A stretch of 64,000 nt of DNA from Eledone cirrhosa. Its lineage: Eukaryota. The stretch is from assembly GCA_964016885.1 (NCBI GenBank), contig OZ024742.1, positions 203,050,001 through 203,114,000 of the forward strand, read 5' to 3'. Each line of letters begins with the position of its first letter. The stretch's first letter is position 1. The translations under genes and the position numbers were made by a program. Of this stretch, positions 14,184 through 27,343 are shown one piece after another. The notes under the pieces are model-generated. The model was not told where the DNA came from, did not search any database, and saw only the letters and a list, made by a program, of their open reading frames with translations.

Positions 14184-14339
14184 ACTATATACATAAGCAG
14201 CCTTAAAATTTCGTTGACATTATGTTGATTGACTTCCACTATGCGCCCCCCGTAATTTAATAATTAGACAAATAGAGATCGATATCGATAAGATATAAAA
14301 ATCGGGTTCAATATTATTGACAAAAACTTTGAAAACATT

Positions 14340-14625
14340 GGTCCAGTATGGCCGTATCACTATGACGGAACATAAAGGGCCATAACTCTGTGCCGCAAAG
14401 TATGGTGTCCGACTCTCTACCGATACTGCCAATCCACCGCCATAATAACAATAATTGTTTCTACTTGTGGCACAAGGCCAGCAATTATCCCAGTGCATTA
14501 CTGGTACTTTATTTTATCGACCCCGTAAGGATGAAAAGCAAAGGTAACCTCGGCGGGATTTGAAGTCAGAATGGCAAGGGCCATAACTCTATGCGTCATA
14601 GTATGGCGTCCGACCCTCTACCGAT
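14340..14625 (-). mobile_element. Tandem tRNA-SINE copies
   Basis: Reverse complement of the main SINE; two heads. Confidence 0.8.
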
Positions 14626-15225
14626 AATAATGAGGTTTGCTTTCTCTTCATAATAACCCTGATATGGACACACAGACACAATATGCACAAATATATAGAT
14701 AAAACACACACATACACACAATAATGTGTATATATCTATCATTTTCTTAAGTTTATCTAATGTGACGAATGTGTCTCCCTCCCCATTTATTGCAATGTCT
14801 TAAATGGTTTAACACATCTTACTTCATACATGACTCTCGTGCTACGAGGCACCAATCCTTTTCCTTGATGTTACACAAAATTCTATGTGTATTTAGCTTA
14901 ATACCTTATAAATTAATGTTTTGTCTCTCGTCTCTTGTTCCACTTGGCAGCGTTTGGCTTATACCAGACGCTGTGACCCTGGGTGGACCAATAGTATCGT
15001 TGGTAGGGGTCGAAACTGCCAAAGTACATCTCAACAGCCGATGACCCTGGAGTTCTGTGTCTTTCGTTTGTCTTTCTTTTCTAAAGATTTTTCGTTTTGT
15101 TTCGTTGTCTCATCATATCTTTGTTCATTTTCTTAAGTTTACACACACACACACGTGTGTGTGTGTGTGTGTGTGTGTATAAACACGTGAGTGTGTGTGT
15201 CTGAATACTATGTGTGTCTGAATAC

Positions 15226-15330
<105 letters not shown>

Positions 15331-15606
15331 TGTGTGTGTGTTCAGTCCATTAGGTAGCAAAAACAGCTTTAAAAGAAATCTTTAAAATGGATATAAATGT
15401 GTATATGGAGAGAAAATAAAGCCCTGACATATTTTACCCTACTGTGAGTTTACTTAAGAGAAAGAATTCTTCAATATCTAAATTGAAATGACATTTTCAT
15501 ATTTCCATATTCATTTGCTTTCGACTACAAGAAAGATTTTATAATAAATGATATATGTATATCTATACACGCACACACAGAGACACACACATATATACAT
15601 ATACAT

Positions 15607-15652
<46 letters not shown>

Positions 15653-15939
15653 ATTTTAGGCGGCGCGTGATTATATCCTGGATCGTTAACGAAAGTTCAA
15701 ATCCAACTGTTCCCTGATAATTATCGATATAAATCCATATCTATCTACTTACCTATCAATCTTTCTTTCTATATATATACCTACCGACATACATTTCATC
15801 CTATCAACGACTGATTCAATCTACCACTCTCTCTCTCCTTCACATTCACTCTCTCTCTCTCACACACACACATACGCACACACACATATACACGTATATA
15901 TACACACATATAAATATATATTCATATATATATATTTTA

Positions 15940-16021
<82 letters not shown>

Positions 16022-16070
16022 ATATATATATATGTATGTATGTATGTATGTATATATATATATATATATA

Positions 16071-16799
16071 CGAGGTCTTTCGAAAAAGTATCTAAACTTA
16101 AGCTGTGAGAAAAATATACGTACTTGGTGGACTTTAATTGTTAATCCTTATTGACCCAGGCTCATTTTACCTCCCCATACATAGCTCAGTGATCCCTCTG
16201 CTGTTTGAAGTACGCCTTAAATTCTTCCTCTGTAATGTCTTTCACTTGCACTATCCCTGTCAACATCATGTCCTCTCGGCTTTAAAAACCGGAAGCCTTT
16301 CATTTAGATCTTCCTGTTTTGTTAATATCCAGAAGTCTGAGTGTAGAAAACCTAAATAATGAGCGAAATGCTTCTTATTGTTAAGAAAGATTGGATCATC
16401 GCCGATGAATGAGTAGGAACGTTGTTATGATGCAGCTGCTAGGTTTGTCAAGTCAATCAATCCTGTCTCTTGTTCCGAACTACACCATGAAGACGTAGGA
16501 GTGCTTCTTGATATTATTCATTTGCAACTATCTGGACTTCTGGTGTGTACTTGTGACACACAATACTTTAGTAGTCGAAGAAAACAGTCAGCATCACATT
16601 GATCTTGCTCTGTACTTGACATGCTCCTTTGGCTCTTGGAGACGTTGATACTGAGCTTTGGGATCCTTGTTTTTATTTTCAGGAGAAATGAAAATTCAGT
16701 AAAAATGCAGTACAACACCTTAATTTTTTTCTTTCGAACGTCACTACCTCCCTCGGAAAAATAAAAAAATTGAAGTCGGATACATTTTCGACAGACGTC
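16071..16799 (-). mobile_element. Internally deleted mariner-like element
   Basis: Imperfect TIRs with TA flanks; minus strand ~16412-16436 reads LHHNNVPTH, like the mariner LHHDNAPAH motif. Confidence 0.7.
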
Positions 16800-18257
16800 T
16801 AACATATCTATTTATCTACATATTCATCCGTCTATACAATCTATTTATTGATATATCTATTCATTCATAGGCTTGTGTGTTTCTATATACAAGAAATACA
16901 CCAAAAAACGGGCTCAACACTGATTGTACTGTGAAAATGATATTACTAAGGGTGGTTGTTTACGTCGACGTTTCGCCGATAGGGGATCGTTAAAATATAA
17001 TTAGTTAAGATAAAAGCGTCCCCGTATACAAGAGGAATCTGGTATGGCAGCATGTTAAAATCATTAGAAAAAGATAAAGAGAGGGACAAAGGGAAATTTT
17101 GCTATAGGCTACGAGGTAGATGGCAGAATGAAGGCCAAATATATGGTCAACTAAATAGTAAACGTTTCCTAGAATTGTGCTTCAATGTCAAGGTCATTCA
17201 TACAAATGATTATTACCAATGTAACTTTATATAAGTTTGATTTAAAATCACTAAATAGTGGTCATAAAAATCGGTTCAAGAGAGAAAATTAAATATATAG
17301 AAAATACATCCATCTTTTCAAAAATATACAGAAATCGAGTGCTATTAGTTAACTGGTGGAACTCACCCTTCAATTTCAAAGATTTTATTTTCAGCTGCAA
17401 GAAAAATATTTAAGCTCCTAAATAAAAAGAAACTTTCCCATCACAAAAACAGTACAATTTTCAATGGACTTGGGATCAAAGTTTTTTTATTCCAGCAAAC
17501 AAATCCCAGAATACAACCCAGAAACAGTTGCACAGGTAATGACCATTTCAATTCAAATATAAACAAGTTAGGACATAATTATCAAAACAATACGAGTCCC
17601 CTATCTAACTGCAGCTGTACTGTCCTCTCAAATGACTATGCCTAAATAATGATCTGGGTTACAGGGTTCCTATGAACACTGCCCTTCTATTTTTATTGTG
17701 TAAAGACTAAATTGCGTAAATTTTGGAAAAGGTTAGCGTTGATGCATTTCTACCTCGCCATCGCAACATATCTGGCAGTTAAAACAATCTAATGCGTATA
17801 TTTAATATCTAGTGAAAAATCGAATCAAGAAACAAGCCGGACAACCACAAGAAGTAACTGTGGCAACAAAGCACACCGGAGAAATAGGAAATACTGTTTA
17901 CTAAAGATACTTAGTAAATAGAAGTTCATAACTCTTCTATGCTGGCACACATCATACATACAGTTAACTACAAGACTTTAACCCTCTATTCTTCGTAAAG
18001 GGGTTCAAATTAAAATTCATTTTTAGGAGGGGCCATACATATCGTTATATTTATATATGCATATTTGTATGCATGCACCTATATATAAATATGATACATT
18101 TATATAGAAGTGACTGGCCGAAACCGCCGAGTTCGCGCTCGATCCTCTACTTTTAATAATATAGACACTCTGCATCATACGATGTATCGAGTACTTCTTT
18201 GATCTGTGTTCTCTTCACAGTCCTAGTAGCGCAGATTATCAATACATATATATATAC

Positions 18258-18478
18258 ATTTTTTTTTTTTGTCGATCGACTTTCGTCAAATCGGACCGAG
18301 GAAACAATGTTTCCGTTGGTCTTTCCAATTGCTAATACTATCTATCGGTCGCAACTCCAGGTAGAAGGGGCAACGTGAAATAAAGTGTCTTGCTCAAGGA
18401 CATAACGCATCGCCGGACCCAGGAATCGAACTCACAATCTCACAATTGCGAATCCAGTTAACTAACCAATCAGCCACA
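18258..18478 (-). mobile_element. Second tRNA-SINE family with poly(A) tail
   Basis: Minus-strand B-box gagttcgattcc and gtccttgagcaagacactttatttcacgttg; copy at ~48380-48604, relatives at ~58200-58335 and ~28620-28740. Confidence 0.75.
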
Positions 18479-18968
18479 CGGAGCGGGGGGGGGGGGGGGT
18501 ATATATGTACGTCATCATCATCACCATCGTTTAACGTATTATGTATATAGTGTGTGCGTGTGTAATATAATTTATTGTATCAATAACATTATATATCTTT
18601 AGATACTTTATAAACGATCATATTTCAGTTTCAACATTGGACCTGCATAAAGTGACATCAAGTTGTTAATGATGTGTTTGTACTACCAATTAATTTCTTG
18701 TAGTAATTAAGTACTTGTATGGACTATATTCAGAGGATGTGGCAATTCTGTACAACAAATATAATAGAGCTTAACATTGCATATGGGACAACATTTCTTA
18801 CGACGGATTTAACTTACACGTCTCATTTCAACTCATATAGATATATAAATACATACATACATGCATGCATACATACATGCATACATACTTACATACATAC
18901 ATACATGCATGCATAGATACATACATACTTACATGCATTACATACATGCATACATAGATACATCCATC

Positions 18969-19000
<32 letters not shown>

Positions 19001-19042
19001 CATACATACATACATACATACATACATACATACATACATACA

Positions 19043-19653
19043 TGATGGTTGCCCCCTTGTTATCGAGTATGGCCATTGCACGATATACCATTATTAATAA
19101 TTATTAATTAATTCTATCGTGCAATGCCTGTGCAGGAAGATATTTTTTAAAGTAAAGAAAGACTGTGCACTGAGCCAATCCCACTCTCTGAGCGACAGTA
19201 GCTATAACCCGAAAAGAAGAAAAGATCAACATCATCGGTAACTACTGCGCCGCAGGTTTTATATCGGAGTTATCCCAGTTTCCTGAGTTGCCTTCTCCTA
19301 CAAGAATGCCCTGACAAAGGCTAGGGGTCCTTAACTCCCAGTGGTTTAACCACGTGATCGGGTGTCCAGCCAGACTATTTATATGTCCCCGCGCATTTAC
19401 ATACACATGCACCCATGCATATACACATATACATACATATGCACATGTGTATATACATATTTACACACTTTTGAATGGCCGTTGACTCTTATGAGTTCTT
19501 CCGCCCTTTGTCAGGTTTTGCTTTTTGTCCTGCAGGGTGTCCAAAATCACCCTCCTCACCAAGTAAACTTAGTGGGGTTGCCGGTTTAGTCGCCGACGAC
19601 CCGACCATGCTACAGGTTGTACTGGACATACATACATAAATACATACAGGACA

Positions 19654-19706
<53 letters not shown>

Positions 19707-19970
19707 TGTATGTACAGGGCATACATACATACATACATGATGACTGCCCCCTCGTTATCGAGTATGTCCATTGCACGGTATAACATTATTAATAATTATC
19801 AATTAACGCTATCGTGCTATGCCTGTGCGTGAAGATATTTTTTTAAGTGAGGAAAGACTGTGCACTGAGCCAATCCCACTCTCTGAGCGACAGTAGCTAT
19901 AACCTGAAAAGAAGAAAAGATCAACATCATCGGTAACTACTGAACCGCAGGTTTTATGTCGGAGTTATCC
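19043..19970 (-). mobile_element. Nested or duplicated pieces of a related RTE-derived element in (CATA)n
   Basis: 19043-19276 is repeated at 19738-19970; 19470-19625 is homologous to 9148-9300; another piece at 37474-37620 +. Confidence 0.65.
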
Positions 19971-20043
19971 CGTATGATAGGTAGCGGTGTTTATGATGTT
20001 TTGCAGCAGTAGCAGTAGCAGTAGTATTAGTATTATTATTATA

Positions 20044-20230
20044 GGGCGGTGGATTGGCAGTATTGGTAGAGGATCGGACGCCATGCTTTGACGCATAGAG
20101 TTACGGCCCTTGCAATTCTGAGTTCAAATACTGCCGAGGTTAAATTTGCCTTATGAGGTCGATAAAATAAAGTACCAGTAATACACTGAGTTATTGCTGG
20201 CCTTGTGCCAAAAAGTAGAAACAATTATTA
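20044..20230 (+). mobile_element. tRNA-SINE (main family)
   Basis: Near full-length match. Confidence 0.85.
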
Positions 20231-20366
20231 TTAGTAGTAATGGTGCTGGGTGGTGGTTGGCGCGGTAGCATGAGTGGTGTGGTGGTAGTAGTTGTGATTG
20301 TTGTTGGTCGTAGTAGTGGTGGTGGTGGTGTTAATAACAATAATAAGAGTAGTAGTAGTAGTAGTT

Positions 20367-20413
<47 letters not shown>

Positions 20414-20835
20414 TGTTGTTGTTCAGTCCTAATCACACAGACCCGATGTCTTCTGGTTAAATTTACGTTAAATATAACTCTGCTCTATATATTGAGTAAT
20501 GTTTTTCAATATTGCTTATTAACAACGTTTGATTCCCTCAATATATATATATATACATACGCATACGTATGCACACACACACATATATACATACATACAC
20601 ACACATATATACATGCATATATATGTACACTCACACTCACACACACACTGACACCAATCAAACAGTTAACACCTTGTTTTATTAGCTTTATCGAGTTCAA
20701 TCTTAGAAGAACAAACACACACCTTCCTCCCATTTCCAGTCTGCTGTCCTTTGATCTTTGCTTCTTTATTTCCTTTCTTATTCAACTCCGACCCCCACCA
20801 CCATCACCAGCATTAACCCAAACAACATCTTGACG

Positions 20836-23050
20836 CAGACCAAATGTCCAACAGGCAGCCCAAGTATGTGTGGAATGAAGCTCAGTCAGTTTCCACAGAC
20901 CCAATGTCCAACAGGCAGCCCAAATGAGTGTGGAATGAAACTCAGTTAGTTTCCACACACCCAATGTCCAACAGGAAGCCCAAGTATGTGTGGAATGAAC
21001 CTCAGTCAGTTTCCACAAACCCAATGTCCAACAGGCAGCCCAAGTATGTGTGGAATGAACCTCAGTCAGTTTCCACAGACCCAATGTCCAACAGGCAACC
21101 CAACTCTGTGTGGAATGAACCTCAGTCAGTTTCCACAGACCCAATGTCCAACAGGCAGCCCAACTCTGTGTGGAATGAACCTTAGTCAGTTTCCACAGAC
21201 CCAATATCCAACAGGCAGCCCAATTGTGTGTGGAATGAACCTTAGTCAGTTTCCACAGACCCAATCTCCAACAGGCAGTCCAAGTATGTGTGGAATGAAC
21301 CTCAGTCAGTTTCCACATACACAATGTCCAACAGGCAGCCCAAGTATGTGTGGAATGAAGCTCAGTCAGTTTCCACAGACCCAATGTCCAAAGGGCAGCG
21401 GAAATGAGTGTGGAATGAACCTCAGTCAGATTTCACAGACCCAATGTCCAACAGGCAGCCCAAGTATGTGTGGAATGAACCTCAGTCAGTTTCCACAGAC
21501 CCAATGTCCAACAGGCAGCCCAAGTATGTGTGGAATGAACCTCAGTCAGTTTCCACAGACACAATGTCCAACAGGCAGCCCAACTGTGTGTGTGGAATGA
21601 ACCTCAGTCAGTTTCCACAGACCCAATGTCCAACAGGCAGCCCAAATGAGTGTGGAATGAAACTCAGTCAGTTTCCACACACCCAATGTCCAACAGGCAG
21701 CCCAAGTATGTGTGGAATGAACCTCAGTCAGTTTCCACAGACCCAATGTCCAACAGGCAGCCCAACTCTGTGTGGAATGAACCTCAATCAGTTTCCACAT
21801 ACACAATGTCCAACAGGCAGCCCAAGTATGTGTGGAATGAACCTCAGTTAGTTTCCACAGACCCAATGTCCAACAGGCAGCCCAACTGTGTGTGGAATGG
21901 ACCTCAATCAGTTTCCACATACACAATGTCCAACTGGCAGCCCAAGTATGTGTGGAATCAACCTCAGTTAGTTTCCGCAAACCCAATGTCCAACAGGCAG
22001 CCCAACTCTGTGTGGAATGAACCTTAGTCAGATTCCACAGACCCAATGTCCAACAGGCAGCCCAACTCTGTGTGGAATGAACCTCAATCAGTTTCCACAG
22101 ACCCAATGTCCAACAGGCAGCCCAAGTGTGGTTGGAATGAACCTCAGTCAGTTTCCACAGACCCAATGTCCAACAGGCAGCCCAACTGTGTGTGTGGAAT
22201 AAACATCAGTCAGTTTCCACAGAACCAATGTCCAACGGGCAGCCCAAATGAGTGTGGAATGAACCTCAGTCAGTTTCCACAAACCCAATGTCCAACAGGC
22301 AGCCCAAGTGTGGTTGGAATGAACCTCAGTTAGTTTCCACAGAGCCAATGTCCAACAGGCAGCCCAAATGAGTGTGGAATGAACCTCAGTCAGTTTCCAC
22401 AGACCAAATGTCCAACAGGCAGCCCAACTCTGTGTGGAATGAACCTCAGTCAGTTTCACACAGACCCAATGTACAACAGGCAGCCCAAGTATGTGTGGAA
22501 TGAACCTCAGTCAGTTTCCACAGACCCAATGTCCAACAGGCAGCCCAAGCATGTGTAGAATAAACCTCAGTCAGTTTCCCCAGACCCAATATCCAACAGC
22601 AGCCCAACTGTGTGTGGAATGAACCTCAGTCAGTTTCCACAGACCCAATGTCCAACAGGGAGCCCAACTGTGTGTGTAATGAACCTCAGTCACATTCCAC
22701 AGACCCAATGTCCAACAGGCAGCCCAACTGTGTGTGGAATGAACCTCAGTCAGTTTCCACAGACCCAATGCCCAACAGGCTGCCCAAGTATGTGTGGAAT
22801 GAACCTCAGTCAGTTTCCATAGACCGAAGTCCCACAGGCAGCCCAACTGAGTGTGGAATGAACTTCAGTCACTTTCCACAAACCCTATGTACAAGAGGCA
22901 GCCCAAGTATGTATGGAATGAACCTCAGTCCGTTTCCACAGACCCAATGTCCAACAGGCAGCCCAAATGAATGTGGAATGAACCTCAGTCAGTTTCCACA
23001 GACCCAAGGTCCAATAGTTAGCTAAAATGTTGTAGAATGGACCTCAGTAA
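20836..23050. repeat. 60-bp minisatellite, ~36 copies
   Basis: Unit cagacccaatgtccaacaggcagcccaaNNNNgtgtggaatgaacctcagtcagtttcca; register visible line by line. Confidence 0.97.
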
Positions 23051-23802
23051 ATTTTGACGATGAATGTTACATTTCTACGATCAACGAGTGTTTCAGCTGC
23101 TGCTGAAATTAACGAGTAAGTGGTTGAGCATTCCATAGTCTCCTATACCCTTAACTTAATTCTCATGGAGATTCCGCTTGCCACAGTGTATGACAAGAGT
23201 GGCCCTTTGAATTAAAAGTAGACTCAATCTAACGGGGTTCCAAACCGTTGCTTTCTACCCAGTGTCACAAGACATTGGTTGACCCAAGCCTATGGTAAAT
23301 GAGAGGTACCGAGAATTCCGTGCTGTGGTTTCGAAACCTGGATTTAATGATCGCGAAGCTAACTTCTCAGTAATTCAGCCATGCTACGTCGACATATTAT
23401 GAGTAACCCAGTAACACAACACCATGCAAGCTACACCTACAGCCAAAGCTTGTGTAGGAGGCTCTATGTCAATGATTCTCAAAGCAACACCAAATATCAG
23501 CATATCAATGTATCGAAACAACAGGAGTAATCTTTATTTCTTCTGTTTTATTTTTTCTGTTCAACTTCTAGCTGTCTGATGAGGTCATAACTGTTGCATA
23601 ACAGCGATTATGAATAAAAGAAGTAAATTTTAACCTGTTGATTTGTACTTCATTATTGTAATTATACTCCGGAGTAAATCGACCTATTTGTGTACCTCGT
23701 AGAGTCCTTTATCCTGCATACAATAGGATATGTGATTAACTAACACACATTCCCCCCACACACAAACCCAAAGACACACACACGCAATACACACACACAC
23801 AA

Positions 23803-23833
<31 letters not shown>

Positions 23834-23872
23834 TATATATATGCATATATATATATATATATATATATATGC

Positions 23873-23903
<31 letters not shown>

Positions 23904-23905
23904 GC

Positions 23906-23948
23906 ACCACTGACGATGTTGCAGATGTGCAACGAAAGAACTTTGATA
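23906..23948 (+). ncRNA. Minimal type I hammerhead motif isolated between two (TA)n tracts
   Basis: acca-CTGACGA-t-gttgca gatg tgcaac-GAAAG-aa-CTT-tgat; weak stem I. Confidence 0.6.
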
Positions 23949-23972
23949 AACTATATATATATATATATATAT

Positions 23973-25520
23973 AGTAATAATAATAAAATTGAAGACTAAA
24001 ATCCAAAGAGGGCTCGATAAGGATAAATATATATCAAATATATAAGAACCGTAGAGCAAATATTTATTAAAATAACAGATGAAAGTTTAAGCAAAGAATC
24101 GCTGCTTTCACCCTTAACGGGATCTTCTGAAACTAACAAAGTCAATCTGTGAACGCAGAAGTGAATAATTCAAAAAACGTTGCAACCGGAGGAAGACAGG
24201 AAGACGATACTTGGAACGTGGAAACGTTCCCTGGCAAAGAACGGGAAAAAACGAATAAAATACGTCATTATTTAGAGCACTGAAAAACAATTAGACGCAA
24301 AGACAAAACCACGTTTATGGTATAAAAGAAGTCGTAGACTAATATTCTATTAGGTGGATCATAGAGACGTTCTCTGGCAATGAACGGAAAAACGAAGATA
24401 ATACGTCATATGTGGAGCGGGTAGAACAATAGCAAGCAAAGACAAAACCACGTAAACGGTATAACTGAAGTCGTAGACTAAAATTCTAACTAGGAAACCG
24501 AATGATTCTCGGCTTCAGAGTTAAGAATAAAGTAAATAAAATACAGAAGTAATTTAAATTAAATAAATACATACACGCATCCATATACGTACATACACAA
24601 TGATTACGCGAAAACACTCGCCATAGGTATACAAATACACGCACGTACACACAAAAAAACAAAACAAAAAAACCTGAACGCACATACAGAACCCACGCAC
24701 GCCTGTACCCGCACGCATACGAATGTATACACCAAATACACATAAAAATATATATAAAAAAATATATATATAATATGTGTGTGTGTGTGCGTATATACAT
24801 ATAATTAAATACACCTATATAAATAAATAAATACGTATATAACAAGCGCACACACATACCTACATGTAAATACACATATGTTCGGAGACGAACGTTAACC
24901 AAAACACAAAGTACACATATACACACACCCTACATACGTACGAACCCGCATACTCACACAGACGCAAAACTCAGGTATACACATAACCAAAAGCATATGT
25001 ACCAGAATATATAATATATACGCCATAACATATACAATCAATTATACGTACGAGAAAGTATACGTACCTTCACAAAACATACAGGTAATATATACTTACC
25101 TATACAAATAAGTAATGGTATAAACATAGCATATACTTAGCTACCACATCAAGACGTAAAATATCCGCGTATAGTTCGTACTATCCGTTAGGGTATAATG
25201 TAGGGTATAATACAGGAAAGTTTTGTGCAATTTACGTTTACAAGCCGAAATTGCCTCAGATTTTTTGTTTAAGAAGTGGTCTTTGGCGTAGAGTATTTCC
25301 AGGGCCTCAGCGGCGCGGATGTCACATGGTCTTTTATTTCCGTTATACGATCTATCCCTAGCTAGGATCTCCCAGTGTAACTTATATTGGGTGTGGTTGT
25401 CTTTTAGACTCCAGATATAAGCTGAAAGTGACGTCATATTCCTTCTTAAAGGGTAACGAAAAGAATGGGTATGCATGTAAAGACGCTGCTTGAATCTATT
25501 GGCAGTTAACCCTATGTATA
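23973..25520 (-). mobile_element. 5'-truncated Penelope-like element: GIY-YIG endonuclease C-terminus plus 3' pLTR
   Basis: YIGLTANRFKQRLYMHTHSF...TSLSAYIWSLK...WEILAR...CDI...E..IL...LNKKSE.ISAC (~25190-25520); long 3' UTR containing an HHR. Confidence 0.85.
24084..24134 (-). ncRNA. Type I hammerhead ribozyme, U4A core variant, in the PLE pLTR
   Basis: agttt-CAGAAGA-tccc gttaa gggt-GAAA-gca gcgattctt tgCT-T-aaact; near-identical copies at 62830-62880 and 50089-50138. Confidence 0.65.
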
Positions 25521-25817
25521 TATATACACACATATAATACTGACGCACATGCACACACGTTTTTCTAAGTATGTATGCATGTATGTGTGTGTATGCATGC
25601 AAGTATGTATGTATGTTTGTATGTATATATATATGTATGTATGTATGTATTTGTGTGTGAGTGTGCGTGACCGTCCGTTCGTGTATGCGTCTTTGTTTAT
25701 AAAGTGTTACGTAGCGGTTCGATAAAAAGTGATCGATAAAATAATTAGTAGACCTCACTGGGAAAAATAAAATATGATTGAATAAATCAATGCCCCAGCA
25801 TCACTGAAACCAGGGAA

Positions 25818-25852
<35 letters not shown>

Positions 25853-25857
<5 letters not shown>

Positions 25858-27343
25858 AACGAGTAGGACCCCGACGGCTGAGCTCAAGCCGTTTCGACGG
25901 CTAATTCTGGACTAAATGAACATTTTTATCCTGGTATATGAATAGCCGAGCTTCTCAGGGGGTAATTCCATATATGGTAAAAGTGATTGTCACAAGGATT
26001 GGTCAAAAGTTTGTTGTTGAGACACATAATTCTATCATGGCAATTTGTGGAAGGAAAGGGTAGCTGAACCTGCCAGTAGAAGAAAGAGGGAGAGGGAGTG
26101 GAGGAAACCCAGTCGTGCGTTGATAGTGCCAACTACAGCAGGGCAGGAGGTCAAGCAAGTATACTACGGAGGGGGAGAGGGAGGAAGTCGAAACAATAAG
26201 TAAATCAATATGGAGTAAATATATAGAAGAATACCAAGAATGTTAAAAATATAAAAAAACAATTTCTGGTTACTATTCCCTAACCACAGTCATCAAGTCT
26301 CTCACTGGTACTGCTAAACTATAGAAAAGTTTACTAAGTGGGACGGTATTGTAATGAGACCATTTTAAGAGTTAGTAGTAATCAACCGAGTATTCAACCG
26401 GTGACAGGTCAACAGGTCAACAAGTGGGGGGCCAAAATACTAAAGAAACTACCACGAAATAATAATTCAGAGTCCCGAAACTAATACGAAATAATTGTTT
26501 CTACCCTATGCACAAGGCCAGCAACCACCCAGTGCAAAAAATAAACTAATACGAAATAATAATTCAGAATCCCGAAAATGAATACTAATACTATCTCTAA
26601 AGGTGCCACTACGATACAAAAATTCTAGTGCAAACTACATAAATTCTCGTACGAGGTATATGAAAAATTTGATACGGAAAATTAATTCAGAATCCCCCCC
26701 GCAAACAAAAAAAATACTGATATACGAGAAATTAAAGCAGAGATACCACAAAGAAATGTAGAAAGCCCGGAAATGGGGCAGCCATCGGATAAGAAAGCAA
26801 GTATCTGGGGTCTATCACATCTGCTATAAAAAGCGGAGTCGGCTAATTCTATCATAGAATAGGGGATCGGGGTGGGGGTACTGAGGCTACAAAGGACCGA
26901 GGGCTGCCTCGGGTGGGCGAGAAAATGAAAATGACGACGACAAAGAAGGAGGACTGGGGAGGAAGGACTAGGAAGGGATGGGGGGAAGAAGGAAATATAG
27001 ATGAAACGATAAAAAGATATGAAAGAATATCTTACGTCTACTGGCAGGTTCAGCTACCCCTTCCTTCCACAAATTGCCATAATAGAATTATGTGTCTCAA
27101 CAACAAACTTTTGACCAATCCTTGTGACAATCACTTTTACCATATATGGAATTACCCCCTGAGAAGCTCGGCTATTCATATACCAGGATAAAAATGTTCA
27201 TTTAGTTCAGAATTAGCCGTCGAAACGGCTTGAGCTCAGCCGTCGGGGTCCTACTCGTTCCTATTACCCACTCTACTACCCTAAGTATTGAGTACTTTGG
27301 TGCGTTATGGTCCACCTGGTTCCTTACCACATTTCCTTCGTTA
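25853..27343. mobile_element. Large fold-back Penelope-type element in (TA)n
   Basis: 25853-26080 is the reverse complement of 27037-27264 (~228-bp arms); right arm has an extra ~80-bp tail; HHR in each arm. Confidence 0.8.
27154..27249 (+). ncRNA. Type I hammerhead ribozyme, CUGAGAA core variant (inverted copy 25868-25963 -)
   Basis: acccc-CTGAGAA-gctcggcta...tagccgtc-GAAAC-ggct tgagctc agcc-GTC-ggggt; 5-bp stem I, 6-bp stem III. Confidence 0.7.

Noticed and set aside
16955-17070. Minus-strand GAAAC-gtcgac-GTA half hammerhead
   Set aside because: No acceptable CUGANGA core or stem I partner; at best a decayed copy.
20836-23050. CRISPR array or tandem hammerhead interpretation of the 60-bp repeat
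   Set aside because: The variable part is about 4 nt and recurrent, there are no cas genes, and the context is eukaryotic. The minus strand has GAAAC and CTGAGG but no stem I or cleavage site.
23571-23612. gctgt-CTGATGA motif of the 45121 family
   Set aside because: An internal deletion removes GAAA and stem III, so it cannot form an HHR.
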